Positions 1-11,940 of a DNA stretch of 64,000 bases are shown piece after piece. The DNA is from Octopus sinensis (Eukaryota), in the NCBI RefSeq assembly GCF_006345805.1, contig NC_043000.1, positions 96,968,001 to 97,032,000 on the forward strand. Direction: 5' to 3'. Below the pieces are notes generated by a model. That model saw only the letters and a program-made list of their open reading frames with translations. It had not been told where the DNA came from and did not search any database. Made by a program: the position numbers and the translations under genes. The first letter of the stretch is position 1; each line of letters begins with the position of its first letter.

Positions 1-290
1 TCTTCTTCTTCCTTCTTCTTCCAATCAGGACTCACGCCATTAGCCACAAAGAATAATCTTTAGCCTACTAAGAATGCATGTGGCAACTTGAACATCCACC
101 CACCACACCCGATAGACTGACGGTTGCACGGGCACAAAAGCTCCCTTGTTATCCTCATTCCGTAAACGGTGGCTTTTAACGGGTGGAGTGGTGAACCATC
201 CTGGGGTACAGAGCATTTGCAATCTAGATTAGGGTCTGAAAGTTTACCACACCATAGTGGGTTACACCATGGTTCCTCTGTTTTGTAGCA

Positions 291-484
291 GAAGTTGGAA
301 GAAAGAGTGAGAGAAAGTTGTGGTGAAAGAGTATAGCGGGGTTCATCACCTCACCCCGCCGGAGCCTCGTGCAGCTTAGGTGTTTTTGCTCAATAAATAG
401 TCACAATGCCCTGTCTGGGAATCAAAACCGCGTTGTTATAACCGCGGGTTCGCTGCCCTAACCACTGGGCCATTGCACCTCCAC
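291..484 (-). mobile_element. tRNA-derived SINE (head GGAGGTGCAATGGCCCAGTGGTTAGGG)
   Basis: The minus strand has A-box TGGCCCAGTGG and a B-box-like TTTGATTCC; the body matches the copy at ~62620-62810. Confidence 0.65.
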
Positions 485-1262
485 TCTCGCTGTTGTTGTG
501 AGTGTTAGTGTTGCTTGTTGTTTAGTCCAAGTCAGTTCTGATAAAACAGACCTGTGACAAAAACGTTCCATTCAGGAGCTTCTGTTCTTCACTAAAAGAT
601 TATGTTACCTAACGTCATTTATTTCTCACCACAGTAGTATTTAATTTGAGAGATTTAGCTATTATTTCCGGTAGGATCAACGACCACGTAGATGTTTCAT
701 CACTGGCTTGAAAGACATTTTTTTGTAGTTTTACTGATGTATTTGCCAAGATTTTTTGATAGTTCTCGTTGTTGTAGTTGTTGTTAATGATGATATTGTT
801 GATATTTTTGTCGTTATTATTATTACTGTTGTTGCTGTTGCTGTGTCTGTTAATGTTATTGTTGCTGTGTTTGGCAAGCTATGATGTGTGTCTGCAGAGC
901 GGGGTAGGGGCAAGTACTGCTTCCCGTATTCCCTGTACCCTGGGAAAGAGATCCCATCACCATAATTATCTCATAATGTTATTTCCTCCACCTTGCTCTT
1001 GCTGTGATTCACATATCTCTCTTTCTCTCTCACACACACATGTACCCCCTCTCTCTTTCTTCCTCCCCTTTTTTCTCTCCCCATTCCAATCTATCTCACA
1101 CTCCAGGCTTCTCATTTTCTCTCCACTTTACACCACATACACACATCTTTTGTCTACCCCCAACCAATGCTCTTTAAATTGTTTTACAACGAACAACAAA
1201 CCAACGACTAAGAAATACATTATCCTCAAAATTGTTCCCCAACTGCTGACGCGAGCATTTGC

Positions 1263-1293
<31 letters not shown>

Positions 1294-1734
1294 CATCATC
1301 ATCATCAAGCTTATTTCTATTATTTCACTTTTTTCTTATCATTATTTTGTACTTACATTGAAAAATCGAGCAAGGCTTTACGTCTTGTTTGGTTTGTTTT
1401 GAAATTTTCTTTTTATTTTAATCAAAGTACTTTCTGCAATACACGTGCAGTGCTTGTAATGCTATTATTTATACCCTATGTGTATGAATCCATGTTTTTT
1501 TCTTTGGTAATTTATTTGTCTGAATCAGTTTTCCAATATACCTATTATTAAGAAAAAGTTTTTTCTTGTTCAATCCCACTGCACGGGACCTTGGGTATCT
1601 TCTGCGATAGACAACCTGGGGTGGCCTATGTTTTGCGAATGAATTTGACACACATGTACTGATGAGAAACATGAAAGGTTATCTCGAGTATTCTGCACTG
1701 TGCAAAGTGATCAGACACCTAGAAAACGGCTGAA

Positions 1735-1839
1735 AACACAAAGAGAAAACACAACAACGCGTGGACGTGGAATAAGTATAGTGTTATTGGACGCTCAGGA
1801 AAGGAAAGAAAGAAGGAGGACTTAATGTTTCGAGCGGAG
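1735..1839 (-). mobile_element. Penelope-type terminal repeat fragment, cut by the assembly gap
   Basis: Homologous to 36250-36405 (AAAGAGAAAACACAACAA...GGAAAGAAAGAAGGA). The minus strand carries the 3' half of a minimal hammerhead (CTCCGCTC-GAAA-C). Confidence 0.5.
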
Positions 1840-1939
1840 NNNNNNNNNNNNNNNNNNNNNNNNNNNNNNNNNNNNNNNNNNNNNNNNNNNNNNNNNNNNN
1901 NNNNNNNNNNNNNNNNNNNNNNNNNNNNNNNNNNNNNNN
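1840..1939. other. Assembly gap (100 N)
   Basis: Run of exactly 100 N. Confidence 0.99.
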
Positions 1940-2085
1940 TATGGAGAATGTGCAGTCTTTCGCGGAGGCAGAGCTGGTAATTGTGGGCTCCAAGTGTGTA
2001 CGGTGAGGCTCTCTCGATAATGATCCATTCGATGCTGAGGTTAAATTTCGGACGTCACCGACTCTACGGGCAAAACGAGACAAAC

Positions 2086-2376
2086 GCGCGTGGCTTAGTG
2101 GGCAGGGTGTCACACACACGATTGCGTGATCGTGGGTTCGATTCCTAGACCGAACGTTGCATTGTGTTCTTGAGCAAATCACTTCATTTCATGTTGGTCT
2201 GTGAACCTTTCGTCATCTGATACGTGGCATGTGCACCTGTACAGGTAATGTCGATTTGGTGAAGAGAGTGTGCTTATGTGAACACAAACACTTGATCACT
2301 ATAAACAAATCATCTGTCTGGTTGTTCAGTAAGAAATTATCGAACCCTCATACGTCGTCTAACGACGGGATAGTCC

Positions 2377-2378
<2 letters not shown>
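2086..2378 (+). mobile_element. tRNA-derived SINE
   Basis: GTGGCTTAGTGG A box, GGTTCGATTCC B box, then TGTGTTCTTGAGCAAATCACTT; the head is similar to 19117. Confidence 0.65.
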
Positions 2379-2410
<32 letters not shown>

Positions 2411-2652
2411 AAATAAGGATTCAGATAGAATCTGGTACTTGAAAAGATACGCACCATGTAGGATTGAATAAACCTGTGGTTCCAGCCTATGGTCGGTAAG
2501 TATCAAATAGGATATTTGGTTGTGTACAAAGAGAAAACCAACCCTGTGGGCATTTATCGCCTAAGTATTGGTCCAAAGCACGCGTTATGTTGAATTGTAC
2601 GATGTTGGTATACTCTAAGGTGTTCGACAAGCCGTAAATCTCTTTGGTGTAT

Positions 2653-3376
2653 TATAATCAAATGAATAATAAAGACGATGGATAATTGTCAGCTCATTAC
2701 AGCTGTTTCTTACATAACTTTTTAATCGAAGAATCAGAACGTTACTTCATTACAAAAAACATTAATCATCAGATGAAACGTAATTTTACAAGAGAAAAAA
2801 AGAATATCCCAAGAATACAGCAGGGACGTGGCTGAAATCTATCGAGGTTAGCTATGAAATGGAGAATGACCAACAAAGTTGACCGTTGTAAGTATTAAGG
2901 GGTGGGGTTAAGTTAAGAATATAAGTTGAGAAAGTGTGTAATATATTTAAGGTCAGCTACCCGGGTGAGACTGGTTCTTTGGTAGGCTTGAGTGGGGTGT
3001 AGGTAATATTTTTTTATATAAAAGTTATTATAAAAGTGGGTAGCTCACTTTTCCAAGCCTTTTTAAGAAAATATCACCTACACCCCACTCAAGCCCACCA
3101 AAGAACCAATCTAGCAGACTCCTGTCTCACCGGGGTCACTGACCTTAAATATCATATTACACCCTTTCATAAATTTTATTCTTAACCTAACCCAACTTAT
3201 TAATTAATGTCCACAACGGCCAAATTTGTTGGTCATTCTCTCATAGTTTGCCTCGACAGATTTCAGCGACGCCCCTGCTTTTTGTAATGTTCTCATTCTT
3301 GTATTAAAAAATGCGTAAGAAATAGCTGTAATGAGCTGACATTTATCCATCATCTGTTTATATTCATTTGATTATA
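2653..3376. repeat. Fold-back element with ~360 and ~310 bp inverted arms, probably an inverted pair of Penelope-type pLTRs
   Basis: TATAATCAAATGAATA (2653) is the reverse complement of TATTCATTTGATTATA (ends 3376). The arms align up to a ~50 bp spacer (3015-3064) and contain a hammerhead motif. Confidence 0.8.
2693..2777 (-). ncRNA. Type I hammerhead ribozyme motif
   Basis: Minus strand: UUCAU-CUGAUGA-(long helix II, base UUA/UAA)-GAAA-CAGCUG-UA-AUGAG. Core intact, stem I 5 bp, atypical U10.1-A11.1 pair. Confidence 0.55.
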
Positions 3377-3382
3377 TATATA

Positions 3383-3429
<47 letters not shown>

Positions 3430-3640
3430 GTGTGTAAATGATTGACTGAAAAATGATGAGCTTTAGTCAATCGTTTAGATAAATGTCGCTTGAAATCGAG
3501 GTGTATATATATTATGATATATTATTATATAGTTACTATTGTACAGACACAAATACACACCACGAATAAATACAAAACGATTTACTAATATTCACGTTAT
3601 TACTGACAAAAATATAAAGTGTCATTACTGTAATCGGTAA

Positions 3641-3724
3641 GTCAGGATGGCCGAGTAGTCTAGGTCGCAGTGTTCAGGTCGCAGTCGGGTCTTCCCGGCG
3701 TGGGTTCGAATCCCACTCGTGACA
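3641..3724 (+). pseudogene. tRNA-Leu(CAG), degenerate copy
   Basis: 8 substitutions versus the intact copies, including an A:A mismatch in the anticodon stem, a G:G mismatch in the acceptor stem and an altered D arm. Confidence 0.8.
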
Positions 3725-5321
3725 TTTCTTTTTCTCTCTGTTATAGAACACTAATAGTTGTAGTAATGGATTTCCATTGCATGATAGATCTAGTAGATAG
3801 TTAGTCTAGTGATTTAGACATCACCTGCAAATGTGTAAGAACACATCAACATGTTTAAACACAATACTGTTTTCGATCGAACGAGAGATCTAATTCGTCA
3901 GCAACATAAATATAGTACAGATTTAATTGATCAGAACTCGTATTTGTGTGTGTGTGAACAATAGTTTAAACATCAACAACAATTTGCTACTGACGGCCTG
4001 AAAAATTTTTATTCTGAATTTACCCGATGATTTTCATGCGTAGTAGAAGCAAAGGATTTTCATTTTGGGTTCTTATATCATATAGGACCTTTATTGAATA
4101 GTTGGGAATGTTATCTACACACCATTAAGGTTAGAAAACAAAGTCGGTTTTTGAAATATTTCCATATTTCCAACAAAGGCGGGGAGGTCTTCTTGACCGG
4201 GATACGATCCTTGCAAAGATTATTTTGGACAATTTCAAATACCGAAAAATCATTCAATATGACAAAAGATACAAACTTGGCACACAATATTTCATGTCCG
4301 GTGTTTTAGATCTACACAAGAAGACCAGAAATAATTAGGGATCATACAAAGCCTAGAAAACCTAGGTTGTGCTAGCGGTCCGAAGAGACACATATCTATA
4401 CACAATATCGATTGTCACGAATCTGCATTGCTTTTAAATGAAGCGCGGTGTTCGTGTACTAGCCGTGGTAAAAACTAGAAATCAACTAGACTAAAAAAAC
4501 CTTCGGGATCTTTTCGCTTTGACCGGCAGATTTTTAAAATAATTTCTTTGTAACTAAACACTTTTAAACTTCGTATACTGGTAATGTGTTACATAAAACA
4601 TCTTTTTCTCTTGGCTTTCTTGAGAAAATTCTGTAGTTTGTAAGTTATTTGTTGTTTAACTTCTTGCATTTCGGCAATTTCAACCAATCAATGACGTCTA
4701 TTGAGGTGATCCAGCAGCAGTCTTTGGTCAAGTGCAGGCCGTGGTTGACGTTTGTTCTGAATTATTGCCAGGTGCGCTTAGAATTCTACTAGCAGAACAA
4801 CGCTTTCTGTTCAATAGAGTTCAAAATATGAGTGACGGTTAACTGGGAACAATTTTGCGTATCTATGAAGACCGTCTGACCAGCTCCTCTTATGCTGACA
4901 ATTATGGCTGATATTATGAGCAATTTTCGAGACATCGGTCTGGCAGAGCTACAAGAGGATATTTCTGGTTGGGATCAACTCTATATGTATAGTTGTGTTG
5001 GATTTGCCAGAAACTAAGCCCAACCGAGATACATACAGAGCGACAAAATTTTCTTGCTTTTCAAACTTTCCCTGCCTAAACACAGCTCTTACATTGGCAT
5101 GACATTGCCTAGTCACTACCCATGCATTACTTATTTGTGGGTTTATGTCTATAATTCTAAGCCTTTAAGTACAACTTTTGCCTACGTCTTACGTCTTCAG
5201 TTGCACTCTAGTCTGGTTCCCTTTTCACATTTTAAAGAAATCTTAAACCTCTCCAGCAGTTGATTCTATCAAGCTGCTGAATGAGTGAAAAACTCATAAA
5301 ATAATTTCAGTTACACACACA

Positions 5322-5359
<38 letters not shown>

Positions 5360-5646
5360 TGCACACGCGCAATAATAGTTATTTTCAAACCAATAACTTG
5401 AAAACGTAGTAAGTTCATACTATAGCGACAACAGATATACAGTACTTTTGACTATTGGGGGTTTTCCTGAACACTGCTTCTAAAGTTGTGCTTCATATTT
5501 TCCCAGCATTAGCAGCGCCTTTTTACTTTATAAGTATACATTTTCCTGAGATGCTATACATTGGGATAGAACCCAGGATCTCGTGATTACACAGCGAAAT
5601 TCTTAACTCACTCATTCTCTCCCAACAACAACAACAACATCAGTAA

Positions 5647-5700
<54 letters not shown>

Positions 5701-5872
5701 CATGTATATGTGTGCACATACATACACAGAAGCTCGCACACACGCACGTAAGCACACATACACACACACACTAACAGAACACAAAAAATACAACTAAAAA
5801 ATTACGCCACAAATTACTATTCTTTATGTCATCGCTGATAAAATGTTAAAATGTCAACCTGACAATCAGCAA

Positions 5873-5956
5873 GTCAGGATGGCCGAGCGGTCTAAGGCGC
5901 TGCGTTCAGGTCGCAGTCGGGTCTTCCCGGCGTGGGTTCGAATCCCACTTCTGACA
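5873..5956 (+). tRNA. tRNA-Leu(CAG)
   Basis: 84-nt class II cloverleaf GTCAGGATGGCCGAGCGGTCTAAGG...GGTTCGAATCCCACTTCTGACA, anticodon arm CTGCG-TTCAGGT-CGCAG, with a T-run terminator ~8 nt downstream. Confidence 0.97.
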
Positions 5957-6275
5957 TTCGCAATTTTTCTTTTTAAATGATGACTACTAGTCGCAGCAAT
6001 GATTTTTTTTCTTGTGTGGTACATTTAGTAAATCATATTTCTACTAACTTTGCAAACTAAAACACAAAGAATGCATCTACGTGTTTAAAATTGTAAAACA
6101 TGTAGATGTTTCTTTAAAAAGACTCTTTGTGTATTTTTAGATTCTTCTGCTCGGAGTTTCATCGTTCCAAAACGATAAAAAAAAATATATAAAGACAAAA
6201 AATAATTATTTCATGCTCTTTCAAGTATATAAATTCTGATGAATTTCAACAACAATCAGTTCTCGAAGGTAAGAA

Positions 6276-6340
6276 TTGCTTTGGTCATATGGTAGAGCGT
6301 CTATCATGTTTACCGAGGATGTGTGTTCGAGCAGCCCTCA
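6276..6340 (+). pseudogene. tRNA-like relic, most similar to tRNA-Thr(TGT)
   Basis: TGGTCATATGGTAGAGC A-box-like and GTTCGAGC B box, with TGT at the anticodon position; homologous to 11130-11183. Confidence 0.35.
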
Positions 6341-7012
6341 GATCTTTCTATCCAAAGTTTCCTTTTTGGCCCAGAATTTACACGTTATAATTTATAGCTT
6401 TATCGGTTTCAACTTCCACCGTTCCAAAAAAAAAAGTATTATACATATACACATATACATATACATGCACAAATGCATACATGCATGCAAGTTTATGTAT
6501 ATATATTTCTACTCGGATGCGCAAATACATATATGTAAATACATTGCAGTCTGCATATTATATATCTATATACATAAATTGTAGAAGACATGCAGCGCTC
6601 CCGCAACAAAATGTACTTTCGCTAATTAATGTTGGAGACTATGCGGGAGACCTCATCGAATTTGTGTATACAAGATTTTTTTTATCTAGCCCAGCTTATG
6701 ATTTATAGCTTTTTAGCAGAAATATCACATAGACGTTTCTGACTGAACAAAATTATAATCAAAGATCTTCCAGCCTGTTTCTTTTTCATATTTAGGACTA
6801 CATCAGGTAATGACAGTAACTGAACACAAATTTATATCGCTAAGCAATTCGCCGATATTCCCCACCTTGAAATAAAAATTAAATAATGTTTTAAATATAT
6901 AGATGCACTCTTGCAAATAGACACTTATAAATAAATTATTTGATTTTAACTCTTAATCAGTAGAACTATGTCCTACTAAATTTACCATGCCTGTAATTTT
7001 GAAAATAAATTG

Positions 7013-8289
7013 TATTGGGTTGACAAATAATTTATGAGCGTTTTTTTTTCTCAAATTTAAAAATGCACGCAGAAATAAAACGCATTGGCAAATGTTTTAT
7101 GTTATTTAAAAGGGAATCTTTTATTCTACAAGATCGTGTGTTTTGATTTTTAATTTTAAAAAATTTTGTGTATTTTCAGATCATTAAAATGGATTGTCAA
7201 ATTGAAAAAAACTGAGCATTTCCAACACCATTTGCCTTTTGCATTTAATCGGTGTTAAGGCCACCGAAGCTGCTCGTGAGATTTGTGTAGTGTATGGAAA
7301 AGGAGCAATGCCTCAAAATATTGCCGCCGATGTTTTTCGCGCTTCAAAAATGGGAATTTTGACCTCAAGGTCGGATCACACACCAGTCGACTGAGTTCTA
7401 TAAAGACCGAATGAATCAATTTCTTCACAAAATTCACGTCAAACGACCAGAGAATTGGCGGAGCAGGTGGATTGTAATAAAAAAAATACTGTGGTGAACC
7501 ATCTGCACTCAACGGACAAGGTTCAGAAACTCGGCGCTTGGGTGCAACACACTTTGAGTGAAAACAACAAAAATCAACGCTCCACAATCGCTGCCAGTTT
7601 TGTTGAACGACATCGCTCAGCACCTGGTCACAAACATCGTTTTTTTTACTGCATTGTCATTGGCGATGAAAAATGGTGCCTTTATGTCAATATGAAGCAA
7701 CGAAAAGAATGGTTAAGCCCCAACAAACAAGTGACTCCGCAAGCAAAACAAGACCTTCATCCCCAAAAGACTATGCTGTGTATATGGTAGGGCTGAGATG
7801 GCATAATTCATTACGAACTGCTTGAGCGAAACCAAACACTGAATGCGGAGCTCTAGGTTCAACAACTGTACCGACTCAACGAAGCAATTCAGCAAAAAAG
7901 GCCGAACAGGCGAAATGGCGTTCTTCTGCAACACGACAACGCGTGTCCTCACATCGCCAATATGACCAAAGCCGCGATTCAAGAACTCGAATGGAAAGTG
8001 CTGCCTCATCCACCATACTCTCCAGATTTGGCGCCATCAAATTTTCATCTCTTTTGACCGCTTACGAATGCTTTGCGCGGTGCATCGTTCAATAATGATA
8101 TGGAACTAAGGGCTTGGTTGGACGAATACTTAGAGTCAAGATTGGAAGGTCTATATCACCGAGGAATCGAAAAACTTATTGAATGATTGGGAGGAGGTCG
8201 TAAACAACAATGGAGAGTATATAATTAATTAATTTGTTGTAGTTTTTTCTTTAAAATAAATTTTAAAAAAGGAACGTTCATGGATTATT
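7013..8289 (+). mobile_element. Mariner (DD34D family) DNA transposon, non-functional
   Basis: Left end TA-TTGGGTTGACAAATAATTTATGAGCG; the right TIR is degenerate and truncated (AACGTTCATGGATTATT); an internal transposase remnant is present. Confidence 0.9.
7189..8232 (+). pseudogene. Mariner transposase pseudogene
   Basis: Motifs WVQHTL (WVPHEL-like), IVIGDEKW, HDNACPH and HPPYSPDLAPSNFHLF. D34 spacing with the third Asp changed to Asn; stops and frameshifts present. Confidence 0.92.
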
Positions 8290-8576
8290 ACACATTCAGA
8301 GAACGCACAAAAAACTACAACTAATAAATTACGCAACAAATTACTACTCTTTATGTCATTACTGACGAAATGTTTAAAATTAGTGCCAAAATCTTTATGC
8401 CATTACTGATAAAATGTTCAAAATCAGAGTCAAAAATCAGCGCTACGCTCATACGCACACACACACACGCACTCAGAGAACGCACAAAAAAATACAATTA
8501 ATAAAGTACACAACAAATTACTACTCTTTATGATATCACTGATAAAATGTTAAAAAGCCAGTATCCTAATCAGTGA

Positions 8577-8660
8577 GTCAGGATGGCCGAGCGGTCTAAG
8601 GCGCTGCGTTCAGGTCGCAGTCGGGTCTTCCCGGCGTGGGTTCGAATCCCACTTCTGACA
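8577..8660 (+). tRNA. tRNA-Leu(CAG)
   Basis: Identical to 5873-5956; T-run follows. Confidence 0.97.
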
Positions 8661-9472
8661 CATACTACTTTTATTTTTTACATGATCACTACTTGTCTCT
8701 GTAATAGATTTTTGCTGTGAAGTAGATTTAGTGGATCGTACTTCTAACCAAGCCACTTACAAGTGTCAAAGAATGCACTACATGTTGCAATTTATAAGGT
8801 ATGTAAATGTTTGATTAAAAGTACTCTCTAGATATTTATAGCTTTTTCTGCTTCGGTTTTCATTGTCCGATTGTGACCTAAACGAAGTGCATTAGACTGC
8901 TTGGCCTTCCTGACATAATACTCAGCATTTTACTTTTTATCGCTTTATCAGTAGGCGGTCTAAAGAAAAAACAAGACAACGTCTACAGTTTAGCGAACTT
9001 CCTGTATCAAACAAGCAGACAATATGCCCGCTTCAATGAGATTGTACTTCCGCTCGGCTCGGAGACCGGTATCTTTGTAGCTTGGTTGGGCCTTCGAGGG
9101 TATGCATCTCGATACAATAGCTGCAACAGAACCGCTATAAGGCACTGGAGTCGAATCTCTAAAAATTTCATACACAGGCGCGCGGGCACACACACGCACA
9201 CACACAAACACTCACACACACACACATACAGAGGACCACGACTAATAAACTACGCAATAAATGACAATTCTTTATGTCAATACTGATAAAAAGTTAAATT
9301 GTCAGTGTGTCATTCATTTACATGCACTATAATTTGAAACACGTAGGTTTATTCGTAGGCCCTTATAAGTGGTTTGGTTAGAAGTATGACTTACTAAGTC
9401 AACCATGCAACAAAAAGTCAACATGGCCATGGGCAGTCTTTATTAAAAACGAAAAAAAAAAAAAGCCGTGGT

Positions 9473-9557
9473 TACCAGGAGTGAGATTCGAACCCACACC
9501 GGGAAAAAACTGACTGTTAGGCGAACGCGGCGCCTTAGACCACTCGGCCATTCTGAC
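9473..9557 (-). pseudogene. Inverted tRNA-Leu-derived pseudogene
   Basis: Aligns to the Leu(CAG) copies. The anticodon position reads CGC, the 3' side of the anticodon stem is broken, and there is an internal T6 run. Its downstream flank is inverted with it. Confidence 0.85.
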
Positions 9558-9689
9558 AATGATTTTTAACCACTTTAACAGTAGGAGAATATCTATGTTT
9601 CTACACACAAACTATCACTTGCTCTTACACAACGATGATCAGGGTGCGCTTTCAGTTCAGTGCGTTATTGTTTTACAGTTTATGCACAA

Positions 9690-10340
9690 ATTGTTCAACT
9701 AAATCATCTTACCATCGACGAGAACTTCTAAGTGGTCTTTCCATGCTTTTGGAAACCTCTCAGCAACTGCAGAGGTCCATCTGTTGTCTATGAACTTTGC
9801 AAAATGTCCGGTCCACGGAACTTGTGCTTTCGTCATTCTACAATCATGTCTTTCCTTTCACTCCGTGCTGGAATTTATTAATTTGGGATATACTCTCGCA
9901 ATGATATTCGTAGCATGGATATTTCCTTGGCCCTTTGGTAGTAGTCCATCGATGTTCTTCCATCTTTTCGAACGATTTCATTGAACACACTGTCACTTAG
10001 TGTTCTTGTCCAACTTTATTTTGGGCTCATCTCTAATTGGGGTAAATGACTTTCCTCTTCCCTTTGCGCTCCTCAAGATTTCGGCATTCATGTTTCCCCC
10101 ATATTCGCTATGTATCCCATGTATATGTAAATTGTTTTCTACTTCTCAAACAATTGCAGCTGTAGGTAAGTGTGGCAAATTGTCATCCGATCCCAAGGGG
10201 ACCTATAGTTAGTTGAAATTCTTAACAACCTCTGGTCACCCGGATTCCGATTAACTGTATTCAAGCGATATGATTGTAATATATGATGCTGAGGTCTATT
10301 TGATTGCCTTGTTCTTGTTTTAAAATGATGCCACTGCGCT
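9690..10340 (-). mobile_element. RTE-clade LINE remnant (RT C-terminal region)
   Basis: Minus-strand translation MLRISLREYIPN...WTGHFAKFIDNRWTSAVAERFPK resembles the RTE C-terminal MERxMLGISL...WAGH...DNRWT...EWxP region; many stops. Confidence 0.75.
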
Positions 10341-10579
10341 AGCTCGGAGGGCTGGTCATAACTAACTGTTTGGTTTAGCTAACTTTCAATCTCAAAAGAG
10401 CAGACTAGATGCCCTAACGAGATTGTATTTCTGTTGAGGACGGAGTCCGGTACCATCATAAATTGACTGAACCTTCGAGGGTATGTACCTCAATACAATA
10501 GCTGCCATAGAACCACTATGAGACACTGGAGTCGTGTTTCGCAAGCAGAAACACACGCGTGCACGGGCACTCGCGCGCG

Positions 10580-10614
<35 letters not shown>

Positions 10615-10724
10615 GCTCACACAGACAACACACATAAAACTACAACAAACAAACTACGCAACAAATTACTACGCTTTATCTCATTACTGATAAAACATTA
10701 AAACGTGATTGAGTTTTTCAGCAT

Positions 10725-10808
10725 GTCAGGATGGCCGAGCGGTCTAAGGCGCTGCGTTCAGGTCGCAGTCGGGTCTTCCCGGCGTGGGTTCGAATCCCAC
10801 TTCTGACA
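10725..10808 (+). tRNA. tRNA-Leu(CAG)
   Basis: Identical to 5873-5956; T-run follows. Confidence 0.97.
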
Positions 10809-11129
10809 TTCATAACTTTTATTTTTAAGTGAAGACTACTCTTCGCAGTAATGGATTTTTGTTGTTATAGATTTAGGAAGTCGTATAACTTTGTTTTCAG
10901 ACTAAGATATTTACAAGTTTCTAAGAATTCTACGTGTTTCAAATTACAAAGCATGTAAATGTTTGGTTACATGAACTCTTACAGGTTCTTTTGCTTTGAA
11001 TTTCAACGTCCATCCCACCCACCTACTCACACACATCGCAAAGAAATTATTTCACGCTCTTTCAAATATATAAATTCCGATGACTTTCAACAACAATGAG
11101 TTTTCACTGGAAAAAATAGAGTTTCTAAA

Positions 11130-11183
11130 GTAGAACGTCTGTCATGTTTACCGCAGATGTAGGTTCGAGCCCCACAGGCAGCA
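11130..11183 (+). pseudogene. tRNA-like relic, most similar to tRNA-Thr(TGT)
   Basis: T-arm GTAGG-TTCGAGC-CCCAC, 3' end AGGCAGCA, then a T7 run; lies at a similar offset from the Leu gene as 6276-6340. Confidence 0.4.
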
Positions 11184-11325
11184 TTCGGCGTTTTTTTCTA
11201 GCAAAGTTTTTACAAGTTATTTTTCATAGCTTTATCAGGCTCAAGTTACTCCGTTCCAAAAAGCATAAGACATATACACATATATTTACATGTACACACA
11301 CATATAATGCATACACGTTTATATA

Positions 11326-11392
<67 letters not shown>

Positions 11393-11549
11393 GGGTGTGT
11401 GTGTGTGGTGTGTGTGTGTGTGTGTGTGTATGCATGTATATATGTGCATGTGCAAATCTACTACATGTTGTTATACAACGCAGGTCTCAATGCGATTTCA
11501 ATTCTTACGTACGCCATTGTTTTACAGGCTTAATCCAATTCGCTGTCCT

Positions 11550-11940
11550 AAATCGTTTTACCATTGTCGTCACGACAATGGTAAGACGAACTTTTGGAAA
11601 CCACTCAGTAACTTTAGGAGTTCACCTGTTGCCTATGAGCTTCGCAGCATATCTGGCTCAGCGGAACTTGTGCTTTCGTCATTCTGCAATTATGACTGTC
11701 CTTCTACTGCGTTCTCGAATCAACTCATTTCGGATGTGCTCTCACAATGATATTCTTAGCATGGATCTTTCTATGGCTCTTTGCGTCGTAGCCAATGAAT
11801 ATTCTTCCATTTTTTCGTAGTAGCTCACGTATTACATGCATTCAAAGGCGCACGTAGGACGGTGCTATCGAAGAAACTAGTACCAGTCGAACTTTACTTT
11901 GAGTTCGTCTCTAATTAGGGTAAACGTCTCTCGTCCACGA
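11550..11940 (-). mobile_element. RTE-clade LINE remnant
   Basis: Translation TTQRAIERSMLRISL*EHIRNELIRERS...GNR*TPKVTEWFPK; homologous to 9770-10040. Confidence 0.78.

Noticed and set aside
1-240. Possible minus-strand LINE 3' end with (GAA)n tail
   Set aside because: The translation gave no motif I could assign confidently.
778-1551. 257-aa ORF and the many ORFs rich in YI, CV, HT or N repeats
   Set aside because: Translations of (GTT)n, (CAT)n, (TA)n, (CA)n and (AAT)n microsatellites; no coding signal.
1655-1690. CTGATGA...GAAA
   Set aside because: No helix II or stem I; chance match.
6230-6280. CTGATGA...GAAG in the tRNA downstream flank
   Set aside because: No helix II and GAAA absent; the homologous flanks (11075, 4025) do not keep the motif.
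9473-9557. Leu-to-Ala anticodon switch (CGC) as a functional mis-translating tRNA
   Set aside because: The anticodon stem is broken, there is an internal T6 Pol III terminator, and the acceptor and T stems have mismatches.
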